DNA of 10,286 nucleotides from a virus (Duplodnaviria; Heunggongvirae; Uroviricota; Caudoviricetes): IMG/VR virus record IMGVR_UViG_2740892231_000002, positions 1 to 10,286 of that record; one strand, 5' to 3'. Shown piece by piece: positions 1 to 6,448 of this stretch (position 1 is its first letter; each line of letters starts with the position of its first letter). The notes under the pieces were generated by a model. It saw only the letters and a program-made list of their open reading frames with translations, ran no database searches and was not told where the DNA came from. The position numbers and the translations under genes were made by a program.

Positions 1-224
1 ACCCTTAACGCCGGGTCGCGGAACTAAAAACCTGCTGCGCTGTTATACAAAGTGTTCCCGCCGTCATGTTCATACGCCTCGGGCTGGCTACTTAACCCCT
101 GACCACTGCCGGGTAACTCGAAGTATTGCCTGGCGTTCTGTGGGGCAGGGTGGGTTGGTGAAATTAGTTTATACAAAAATAAACTAAACAGTCAATATCT
201 AACTTAACTGATGGGCGGGAATAA

Positions 225-256
225 CCCTCCCTCTTGAGAGGGGGAAGGTTTTGCTT
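225..256. terminator. GC-rich hairpin followed by a T-run (GGTTTTGCTTT); candidate intrinsic terminator
   Basis: Imperfect inverted repeat CCTCCCTC / GAGGGGG around a TTGA loop at about 226-244, then a T-rich tail on the + strand. It lies immediately 3' of the minus-strand toxin gene. No folding energy computed. Confidence 0.35.
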
Positions 257-264
257 TAGGGGGA

Positions 265-552
265 TTAAGGTGTTACAGGGAACTGTCGGCGGGCGTGAAC
301 TACGTTAACAATTTCAATGCCTGAAATTGTCACTCGGTACAGAATAATGTAATTGGGGTGAGCTACAATTTCACGCAAACCTGGCACTCTGTCACTTGGC
401 GGGTATAAATACGGATGCTCAGATAATGGCTGAACGCAAGTCCTTAAGCGTTTCCATAAACGTTCTGCCGCATCTATGTCAAAGCGTGCAATATAGCTGG
501 TTATATCATCCAAGTCGGTATCTGCGCTTTCAAGCCATAACACGGGTAACAT
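265..552 (-). CDS. parE2: ParE/RelE-family type II toxin (ParE2-like), 95 aa
   Basis: Six-frame ORF. The translation has the ParE-like C-terminal core (REIVAHPNYIILYRV...IEIVNVVHARR). Its ATG directly follows the stop of the upstream antitoxin ORF (TAATG junction at 550-555). Confidence 0.8.
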   Translation of the reverse strand: MLPVLWLESADTDLDDITSYIARFDIDAAERLWKRLRTCVQPLSEHPYLYPPSDRVPGLREIVAHPNYIILYRVTISGIEIVNVVHARRQFPVTP

Positions 553-744
553 TTACTGCTCACTCCGTTCCTTGCGCATTTTAGCAAAGCGTTCTGCCAT
601 TCTACGCTCAACCTCGTCATGGGGAATTGCTGGGCGCGGATCTGCAAGGCTCGCTGCTACTTTCGCACGCAGCCATTCGTTGTAACTGTTTTCTTGCTCG
701 ACAGTTTCAAATTCAGAAACCATCGGTGAAAGGGCTGTGTTCAT
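553..744 (-). CDS. paaA2: PaaA2-like antitoxin, 63 aa
   Basis: The 63-aa translation MNTALSPMVSEFETVEQENSYNEWLRAKVAASLADPRPAIPHDEVERRMAERFAKMRKERSEQ closely matches my recollection of the PaaA2 antitoxin of E. coli O157 prophages. It sits immediately upstream of, and abutting, the ParE-like gene. Confidence 0.8.
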   Translation of the reverse strand: MNTALSPMVSEFETVEQENSYNEWLRAKVAASLADPRPAIPHDEVERRMAERFAKMRKERSEQ

Positions 745-1174
745 GGTGAACCTCGTTTTGTAAGTGCTGGTATTCTGCTTGGTTGACTTTTTGTTGTGCT
801 GCTAACCACCTTGCAACTATACGATCCATTGCTTCTTTTTTCTCCTTCATATCTTTAAGCATTTGCTGTTGATCTTCCTCTGGAAATGCCTCAAATGTTT
901 GAAGTAGTTCCTTTTGATTAGGGGTTATTTTTAATATATCCTGTGCCCTGTCTTTTTTTTCTTCATTTAATGGTAAGAAAAACCAATACTGAGGAAGTCC
1001 CGTTACTTCAGATAGTTTATCTAGATTAGCTGCCGTAGGGCTTGAGATACCACAAACCCACCGTTGCACGGATTGTTGAGCAATACCAATTCTGCGCGCA
1101 AGTCCTGCTTGGCTCCAGCCTTTTGCCAATAGAAGCATCTTAATTCTAAGAGCACTAATTTCGAGTACGCCCAT
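713..1174 (-). CDS. paaR2: HTH (XRE-type) regulator with a DicA-like C-terminal domain; PaaR2-like third component
   Basis: The ORF 713..1234 contains an XRE-type helix-turn-helix (LLAKGWSQAGLARRIGIAQQSVQRWVCG) and a C-terminal TPNQKELLQTFEAFPEEDQQ...KEAMDRIVARWLA motif. I place the start at the ATG at 1174 (MGVLEISALRIK...) because the first ATG at 1234 lies inside the upstream gene; the start remains uncertain. The symbol is assigned from context (first gene of a paaA2-parE2 operon), not from recognising the sequence. Confidence 0.65.
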   Translation of the reverse strand: MGVLEISALRIKMLLLAKGWSQAGLARRIGIAQQSVQRWVCGISSPTAANLDKLSEVTGLPQYWFFLPLNEEKKDRAQDILKITPNQKELLQTFEAFPEEDQQQMLKDMKEKKEAMDRIVARWLAAQQKVNQAEYQHLQNEVHHEHSPFTDGF

Positions 1175-1193
1175 CTGATATCTATATATCCCG

Positions 1194-1565
1194 TCAGGCT
1201 CGGCGACCTTGTCGTGCCAACCAACGTGCGACAAGATCTTCCATAGCCTCTTTTTTGTTTTTTAGTTCTTTTATGATCTCCTGCTGCTCATTATCAGGGA
1301 AAGCACTAAATATTTGTAGCAATTCTAATTGGTTAGGGGTTAATGCTATAGATCTTGATGATGGAGACTCTGTTATGTCTTCTGGTTCAATATCAAGATA
1401 TCCCCCAGGCATCCCATATGTTTGTTCAATACGTCTAGCTGCCTTTTCGCCAAACGTAGCTTTACCGCTCATTAACTGAGATAAGTAACTTTTCTCTTTA
1501 GGCGGCAAAGTCCTGTCTTTGAACCACTCTTTGAGGCGTAAACGCCGAATCTCTTTTGTTTCCAT
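1194..1565 (-). CDS. Putative prophage immunity repressor: Cro/CI-type HTH N-terminus plus DicA-like C-terminal domain, 123 aa
   Basis: Six-frame ORF. N-terminal motif EKSYLSQLMSGKATFGEKAARRIE; C-terminal TPNQLELLQIFSAFPDNEQQEII...KEAMEDLVARWLA resembles the DicA C-terminus and the PaaR2-like neighbour. It is transcribed divergently from the cro-like gene. Confidence 0.7.
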   Translation of the reverse strand: METKEIRRLRLKEWFKDRTLPPKEKSYLSQLMSGKATFGEKAARRIEQTYGMPGGYLDIEPEDITESPSSRSIALTPNQLELLQIFSAFPDNEQQEIIKELKNKKEAMEDLVARWLARQGRRA

Positions 1566-1667
1566 ACATACATTATCTTTAGTAATCGCAAAATAAGCAA
1601 ATACTTGACTGGTTTATTTAGTTGTGTATAAACTTTTACTTGTTCTAAATGTGCTGAGATAAAAATT
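1566..1667. promoter_or_regulatory. Divergent immunity promoter/operator region
   Basis: AT-rich 102-bp intergenic region. Plus strand: TTGACT (1605-1610), 16-bp spacer, TATAAA (1627-1632), upstream of the cro-like gene. Minus strand: TTGCTT (complement of 1595-1600), 17-bp spacer, GATAAT (complement of 1572-1577), ending about 7 nt before the repressor ATG at 1565, with no Shine-Dalgarno visible. Confidence 0.45.
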
Positions 1668-1949
1668 ATGACGCTAAAGGAATTCATCAAATCATTAAAA
1701 ACTGGAGAAGCAAAAAAATTTGCGACCAATCTTGGTGTGTCTCCGTCTTTCTTGTCCCAAATGGCATCTGGAACTTCACCTGTGTCTCCTGTTCGTGCGT
1801 TGATGATAGAAGCAGAAACTGGAGGACATGTTACAAGACGAGAATTGAGACCTAATGACTGGGAGCTTATATGGCCCGAATACACTGGAATCACGTCCCC
1901 TTCACGTCACAAATATGAACTTAACACCAAAAAGGCTGATGGAGGTTGA
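1668..1949 (+). CDS. ydaS: Cro-like HTH protein (YdaS family), 93 aa
   Basis: Six-frame ORF with the motif FLSQMASGTSPVSPVRALMIEAETGGHVTRRELRPNDWELIWPE, typical of YdaS/Cro-like proteins. It is the first gene of the rightward operon opposite the repressor. Confidence 0.75.
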   Translation: MTLKEFIKSLKTGEAKKFATNLGVSPSFLSQMASGTSPVSPVRALMIEAETGGHVTRRELRPNDWELIWPEYTGITSPSRHKYELNTKKADGG

Positions 1950-1952
1950 TTC

Positions 1953-2378
1953 ATGAAAATCAAGCATGAACACATCCGCATGGCGATGAATGCCTGGGCA
2001 CATCCTGATGGTGAGAAAGTTCCCGCAGCTGAAATAGCCCGGATTTATTTCGAGCTGGGGATGACGTTCCCGGAACTGTACGACGACAGCCATCCGGAAG
2101 CCCTGGCTCGTAATACCCAGAAAATTTTCCGCTGGGTGGAGAAGGACACGTCTGATGCTGTTGAAAAAATTCAGGCGCTGTTACCGGCGATCGAAAAGGC
2201 GATGCCGCCTTTGCTGGTGGCCCGTATGCGCAGTCACAGTTCTGAATATTACCGGGAGATCGTCGAACGACGGGATCGGCTGGTGAAAGATGTGGATGAT
2301 TTTGTCGCTGTAGCGATCGCCTGGGGCACCCTGACTAACAGTGGTGGTCAGCCTGGTAATGCAGTTGTTGTGCATTGA
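1953..2378 (+). CDS. ydaT: YdaT-like protein (CII functional analogue family), 141 aa
   Basis: Six-frame ORF starting MKIKHEHI..., 3 nt after the cro-like stop, with GGAGG about 8 nt upstream. Position and N-terminus match Rac-type YdaT. Confidence 0.75.
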   Translation: MKIKHEHIRMAMNAWAHPDGEKVPAAEIARIYFELGMTFPELYDDSHPEALARNTQKIFRWVEKDTSDAVEKIQALLPAIEKAMPPLLVARMRSHSSEYYREIVERRDRLVKDVDDFVAVAIAWGTLTNSGGQPGNAVVVH

Positions 2379-2446
2379 CCAACAATATTTATACCGGATT
2401 TCTTCCGGAAGTTCGTGGGTAAAGTTCGGTATCAGAAGAGGTGAGT

Positions 2447-4033
2447 ATGGCTAATGCCTGGCTCAGATTGTGGCATGACATGCCAAATGACCCCAAGTGG
2501 CGAACGATTGCCAGGGTATCAGGACAGCCAATCGCAACAGTGATGGCAGTGTATATCCACCTTCTGGTGAGCGCGTCACGAAATGTCACGACATGTCACG
2601 GCGTGTCACTACGTGGTCACATTGATGTCACGACGGAAGATTTAGCAAGTGCGCTTGATGTGACGGAAGACGTAATTGATTCAATTTTGCATGCAATGCA
2701 GGGGCGGGTTTTGGATGGTGACCTTATTTCCGGATGGGAAAAACGTCAGGTGCTGAAAGAGGACAATGGTAACGTTTCGCAAACGGCAAAATCCCCGGCA
2801 GAGCGCAAGAGAGCGCAGCGGGAGCGCGAAAAGCTGCGGAAATATGATGCTGATTGTCACGATGAGTCACGACGTGTCACGCATCTGTCACGACAAGTCA
2901 CGACAGATAAAGATNNNNNNNNNNTAAGAGAGCGCAGCGGGAGCGGGAAAAGCTGCGGAAACATAATGCTGATTGTCACGATGAGTCACGACGTGTCACG
3001 CATCTGTCACGACAAGTCACGACAGATAAAGATACAGATACAGAATTAAACCCCACACATAACGCGCGCATGCGCGAGAGTGCTCCAACCGGTGAGTCGA
3101 ATGGTGCGTCGTTGCAGACAGCCGAACCTGAATACCTGGACGGCCTGAGCGAACCGATCGGGAAATTTTCGATGACCACTGTCTGGCAGCCGTCGCCGGA
3201 TTTTCGACAACGGGCAGCAGTGTGGGGTATGGCTCTGCCTGAGCCNNNNNNNNNNGAGAGTATTCCGACCAGTGAGTCGAATGGTGCGCCGTTGCAGACA
3301 GCCGAACCTGAATACCTGGACGGCCTGAGCGAACCCATCGGGAAATTTTCGATGACTACTGTCTGGCAGCCGTCGCCGGATTTTCGACAACGGGCAGCAG
3401 TGTGGGGTATGGCTCTGCCTGAGCCGGAATTTACACCTGCTGAGCTTGCCGCATTCCGGGATTACTGGATGGCGGAGGGGAAGGTTTTCACGCAGGTTCA
3501 GTGGGAGCAGAAATTTGCCCGCCACGTGCAGCACGTCAGGGCACAGGTAAAACCAGTCAGCAAGGGGGGAAGCCATGCAGCATCAGGTGGCACGGCATCA
3601 CGGGCAATTCAGGAAATCCGGGCAGCACGCGAACAGTGGGAACGAGACAACGGATTTATCAGCAACGGAAACGGCCTGGAAGCTGTGGGAGCTTATGGGG
3701 GAGGTGTATTCGANNNNNNNNNNAGAGGGGAAGGTTTTCACGCAGGTTCAGTGGGAGCAGAAATTTGCCCGTCACGTGCAGCACGTCTGGGCACAGGTAA
3801 AACCAGTCAGCAAGGGGGTAAGCCATGCAGCATCAGGTGGCACGGCATCACGGGCAGTTCAGGAAATCCGGGCAGCACGCGAACAGTGGGAACGTGACAA
3901 CGGATTTATCAGCAACGGAAACGGCCTGGAAGCTGTGGGAGCTTATGGGGGAGGTGTATTCGAACCGCTGGACTCAGAAGAACGGGGCCGCACCTTCGAA
4001 GCTCTGGATTGCCCAGATTGGTGCGATGACTGA
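2447..4033 (+). CDS. Phage replication initiator / replisome organiser (O-like) with DnaT-like C-terminal domain; frame broken in this assembly by three N-gaps
   Basis: ATG at 2447 preceded by GAGG. The N-terminal region (MANAWLRLWHDMPNDPKWRTIAR...) carries GTCAC iteron arrays inside the coding sequence. After removing the duplicated segments, one frame reads through to the stop at 4031-4033 (about 345 aa), including VWQPSPDFRQRAAVWGMALPEPEFTPAELAAFRDYWMAEGKVFTQVQWEQKFARHVQH, which resembles the DnaT C-terminal domain. Confidence 0.6.
2575..2632. repeat. Iteron array A: six GTCAC(G) motifs at about 10-bp spacing (candidate origin iterons)
   Basis: GTCAC motifs begin at about 2575, 2585, 2595, 2605, 2616 and 2627, read directly from the sequence. 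Confidence 0.6.
2856..2901. repeat. Iteron array B: five (A/T)GTCAC motifs at about 10-bp spacing, followed by an A/T-rich stretch
   Basis: Motifs at about 2856, 2866, 2876, 2887 and 2897, followed by GATAAAGATACAGATACAGAATTAAA. The array is repeated at 2975-3020 inside the duplicated segment after the first N-gap. Confidence 0.55.
2915..2924. other. Assembly gap (10 N) flanked by a near-identical direct duplication (2807-2914 versus 2926-3033)
   Basis: Run of 10 N; the 108 bp before and after are the same sequence with 3 mismatches (period 119 bp). The duplication shifts the reading frame. Confidence 0.8.
3246..3255. other. Assembly gap (10 N) flanked by a near-identical direct duplication (3076-3245 versus 3256-3425)
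   Basis: Run of 10 N; 170-bp flanks about 95% identical (period 180 bp). The frame is preserved, so the translation shows a duplicated peptide block. Confidence 0.8.
3714..3723. other. Assembly gap (10 N) flanked by a near-identical direct duplication (3474-3713 versus 3724-3963)
   Basis: Run of 10 N; 240-bp flanks about 98% identical (period 250 bp). The duplication shifts the frame, producing the chimeric ORFs 3070..3897 and 3575..4033 in the track. Confidence 0.8.
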
Positions 4034-4487
4034 ACAGCAAATCCGGCAGGTCTGTCGTCAGTGCATGGACCGCTGCCGGGCGGGTGAAACGTGGCCACCG
4101 GACCTGGCTGAGTTTGTTGCGCTGATTTCGGAGAGTGGGGCAAATCCATTTGGTCTTACGGTGGATGCCGTGATGGAAGAGTACCGGCGCTGGCGCAATG
4201 AATCCTGGCGATACGACGGGAGTGATAAATACCCGTGGCCACAGCCTGTGCTGTACCACATCTGCCTCGAAATGCGTACCAGAGGGATTGAGCGCCAGAT
4301 GACGCAGGGTGAGTTAAAACGACTTGCGGAACGGCAACTGACGAAATGGGCAAAGCATGTTGGTAACGGGATGAGTGTTCCGCCAGTGCGACGACAACTG
4401 GAAGGGGCGAAACACCCGAAAGGGCCAACGCCAATTGAATGGCTGAAACAGGAATACGAACGCCGGAAGGCAGCTGGTTTTATTTGA
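3825..4487 (+). CDS. Replication protein P-like (lambda P family helicase loader), 220 aa
   Basis: Six-frame ORF. The central and C-terminal region (ETWPPDLAEFVALI...YPWPQPVLYHICLEMRTRGIERQMTQGELKRLAERQL...VPPVRRQLE) aligns by eye to my recollection of lambda P. An SD-like AAGGGGGTAAG precedes the ATG at 3825. An alternative start is the ATG at 4026, which overlaps the O-frame stop (ATGACTGA). Confidence 0.6.
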   Translation: MQHQVARHHGQFRKSGQHANSGNVTTDLSATETAWKLWELMGEVYSNRWTQKNGAAPSKLWIAQIGAMTEQQIRQVCRQCMDRCRAGETWPPDLAEFVALISESGANPFGLTVDAVMEEYRRWRNESWRYDGSDKYPWPQPVLYHICLEMRTRGIERQMTQGELKRLAERQLTKWAKHVGNGMSVPPVRRQLEGAKHPKGPTPIEWLKQEYERRKAAGFI

Positions 4488-4520
4488 ATCTGAGAAGCGA
4501 TTTTGTAGGAGGAAATTTTA

Positions 4521-5282
4521 ATGGAAACCGTTTTTGACGCACTGAAAGCAATGGGAAAAGCCAGCTCTGTTGGACTGGCTGAGCGGCTTGATATCAGTCG
4601 TGAAGAGGTTCTCAACGAACTGTGGGAACTCAAAAGAAATGGCGTTGTTGATAAAGCGGGTCACATCTGGTTTCTGGCTGGCGAAGGTGAATCCGGGGTA
4701 ACCGAAGAGCAGCCAGAACAGTCTGAAGTACCGGATGTGCTGACCGGGGAGGTCGAACAAAAAGTTACCGCAGACATGATGATTGAGTTTATCGGTCAGG
4801 AGGGGGCTAAAACGTGTGAGGAACTGGCGGATAAGTTCGGTGTTAGCATTCGCAAGGTTGCTTCCACGTTGGCGGTGGTAACCGCAACGGGACGCCTGGC
4901 ACGCGTAAATCAGAACGGTAAATTTCGTTACTGCATGCCGGGCGATAATTTACCAGCAGAGCCGAAAGCCGTGCCGGTAACGGAAAATGATGGTAAGGCC
5001 TTTCCTCAGCCAGCAGGTGTTGCGTTACCAGTACAGGAATCTGCAACACAGGAAGATATTAAAACAGAAACAGTGGCGGACATTGTGCAGTCGTTGCCAT
5101 CGTTTACCGAAACGCAAGCAGATGAGCTGATTTTTCTGTCCCTGTGCAGGGCAAACCTGGCGCTGCGCAGGGCGAAAAGTGATGTTCAGAAGTGGGAGCG
5201 AGTCTGTGCCGCGCTGCGGGAACTGAACAAACACAGGGATATTCTCCGGGATATTACCGCCACCAGAGAGCTGCTGCGGTGA
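4521..5282 (+). CDS. DUF1627-like phage protein with two winged-helix-like modules, 253 aa
   Basis: Six-frame ORF with AGGAGG 6 nt upstream. The N-terminus [10 protein letters not shown]... matches my recollection of DUF1627 prophage proteins. Two similar modules are visible (about residues 2-55 and 85-140). Confidence 0.65.
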   Translation: METVFDALKAMGKASSVGLAERLDISREEVLNELWELKRNGVVDKAGHIWFLAGEGESGVTEEQPEQSEVPDVLTGEVEQKVTADMMIEFIGQEGAKTCEELADKFGVSIRKVASTLAVVTATGRLARVNQNGKFRYCMPGDNLPAEPKAVPVTENDGKAFPQPAGVALPVQESATQEDIKTETVADIVQSLPSFTETQADELIFLSLCRANLALRRAKSDVQKWERVCAALRELNKHRDILRDITATRELLR

Positions 5283-5596
5283 GTGGCTGGAAGAAGTGGC
5301 GCTGGGCGGAAATTATGATACTCCGGCAGTGTGCGGGAACGATGACAGTCGAAAGCATCGGCAGTCTGATTGGCCGTAGTGGGGCTGCCGTCAGGACGAA
5401 AGCGCGGGAACTGGGTATCTGCATGATGTTACGGGGTGATTATCACCAGTCAGCCAAATGTTCACAGCGTGATATTGAGCTGGCGCGGCAACTGCATCAG
5501 CGTGGCGTACCCCGACGGGAAATTGCCGAAAAGTTTGGGATGAAGTTGGGCGCAGTGAATAACTACGTTTATTTCGACAGGAGGGTTCAGGCGTGA
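5279..5596 (+). CDS. Hypothetical small phage protein with HTH-like segments
   Basis: Open frame 5192..5596. The likely start is the GTG at 5279 overlapping the upstream stop (GTGA), or the ATG at 5312 or 5342. HTH-like stretches [23 protein letters not shown] and [20 protein letters not shown]. The start is uncertain. Confidence 0.45.
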   Translation: MSGWKKWRWAEIMILRQCAGTMTVESIGSLIGRSGAAVRTKARELGICMMLRGDYHQSAKCSQRDIELARQLHQRGVPRREIAEKFGMKLGAVNNYVYFDRRVQA

Positions 5597-5898
5597 GGGT
5601 GAGAATTTATATCGCCGGTCCGATGACGGGATATGAAAATTTCAACCGTGAGGCGTTTCACAGGGCGGAAGAAGCACTGAAACGGGAAGGGCATACCGTT
5701 TTAAACCCGGCAGTACTTCCGGACGGACTGACACAGCCACACTACATGGATATTTGCATGGCGATGATACGCTGCGTGGATGCGATTTACATGCTGAAAG
5801 GCTGGCAGCGGTCGGCAGGCGCTAAGGCAGAACTGGCACTGGCGGAGAAACTGGGACATGCGGTTATTTTCCAGGAGGCAACCAGTGAGAAAAATTAA
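5593..5898 (+). CDS. DUF4406 / nucleoside 2-deoxyribosyltransferase-like protein, about 100 aa
   Basis: N-terminal IYIAGPMTG motif, typical of the nucleoside deoxyribosyltransferase-like fold. AGGAGG lies 7 nt upstream of the GTG at 5593 (an alternative GTG is at 5599). Confidence 0.7.
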   Translation: MRVRIYIAGPMTGYENFNREAFHRAEEALKREGHTVLNPAVLPDGLTQPHYMDICMAMIRCVDAIYMLKGWQRSAGAKAELALAEKLGHAVIFQEATSEKN

Positions 5899-6448
5899 TT
5901 ATCAGACGCTACGTGAGATAGCAAAACTGGCAACCCAGGGCGAATGGGTCGCATTCATTTCGCCGGGCACTGATACATATGCGGTGCATACGCCGGGGGA
6001 TGAACGTTGCGGAGACATTATCAAATGGCCTGGCTTTGATGACCAGAAAAATGCAGAGAACAACGCAGAATTTATTGCAGCTTTCAACCCTGAAGTAGTA
6101 CAGGCACTGCTGGATGAACGGGAAGCCCAAAGCAAACGTATTGCAGAGCTGGAAGCTAATCTTGTGGCGCTGGCGGCGGAGAATGCACTTGCTCGTAAAG
6201 CAGTTCAGGCATTCTGCGATGTTGTTGGCGACAACACCGAGGTTATCTGCGAGGAGGTTGGGAGAGATGGCGTTCTGGTTATTTTGGAGGCCATGAAGGC
6301 AACAGGAAATATGCCTGCCACCGATGCTTTCCTGGCTGAAGTACGAGCGCAGGGCGTGGAGATGTTTGCGGAGTGTGCATACACACTTGAACATCATGAT
6401 CACGCAGTAGCCTTCGCCGCTGAGCTTCGCAAAGGAGGCAACCAGTGA
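5885..6448 (+). CDS. Ead/Ea22-like family protein (paralog 1)
   Basis: GTG start at 5885 with AGGAGG 6 nt upstream. Motifs INYQTLREIAKLATQGEW and NAEFIAAFNPEVVQALLDEREAQ, followed by a coiled-coil-like segment, are shared with the next gene. Confidence 0.7.
   Translation: MRKINYQTLREIAKLATQGEWVAFISPGTDTYAVHTPGDERCGDIIKWPGFDDQKNAENNAEFIAAFNPEVVQALLDEREAQSKRIAELEANLVALAAENALARKAVQAFCDVVGDNTEVICEEVGRDGVLVILEAMKATGNMPATDAFLAEVRAQGVEMFAECAYTLEHHDHAVAFAAELRKGGNQ

Noticed and set aside
1-224. A possible tRNA or attachment site, or a partial gene, at the left edge
   Set aside because: No tRNA-like T-loop or acceptor structure is recognisable. One frame is open from the window edge to about 186 but has no start and low-complexity translation, so this is not enough to call a feature.
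1021-1894. ORFs 1021..1224 (-), 1255..1479 (+) and 1472..1894 (-)
   Set aside because: They are alternate-frame or antisense to the HTH regulator genes and the divergent promoter region; 1472..1894 would run across the promoter and the cro-like gene.
1668-2378. The YdaS/YdaT pair as a toxin-antitoxin system
   Set aside because: Its position between the divergent immunity promoter and the replication genes fits Cro/CII analogues; no toxin-like features are visible in the sequence.
2575-3033. Short GTCACG repeats at regular spacing, which could suggest a CRISPR-like array
   Set aside because: The repeat unit is about 6-10 bp at 10-bp phasing inside a replication gene, with no spacers of 30 bp or more and no longer repeat units. 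It is consistent with origin iterons, not CRISPR.
2807-3963. Tandem direct repeats of 119, 180 and 250 bp as genuine duplications or a repeat-protein expansion
   Set aside because: Each repeat boundary coincides exactly with a run of 10 N and the copies differ by a few scattered substitutions, which fits unmerged contig overlaps far better than biology.
3070-4033. ORFs 3070..3897, 3501..3800 and 3575..4033 as separate genes
   Set aside because: They are frame chimeras created by the N-gaps and duplications; they resolve into the O-like frame and the start of the P-like frame.
2976-4633. Minus-strand ORFs 2976..3338, 3046..3576, 3909..4259, 3943..4149, 4058..4633 and 4156..4434
   Set aside because: They are antisense to plus-strand genes with recognisable family features, partly span artefactual duplications, and have low-complexity translations.
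4518-5234. Minus-strand ORFs 4518..4760, 4843..5049 and 5025..5234
   Set aside because: They are antisense to the DUF1627-like gene and have no start signals or recognisable motifs.
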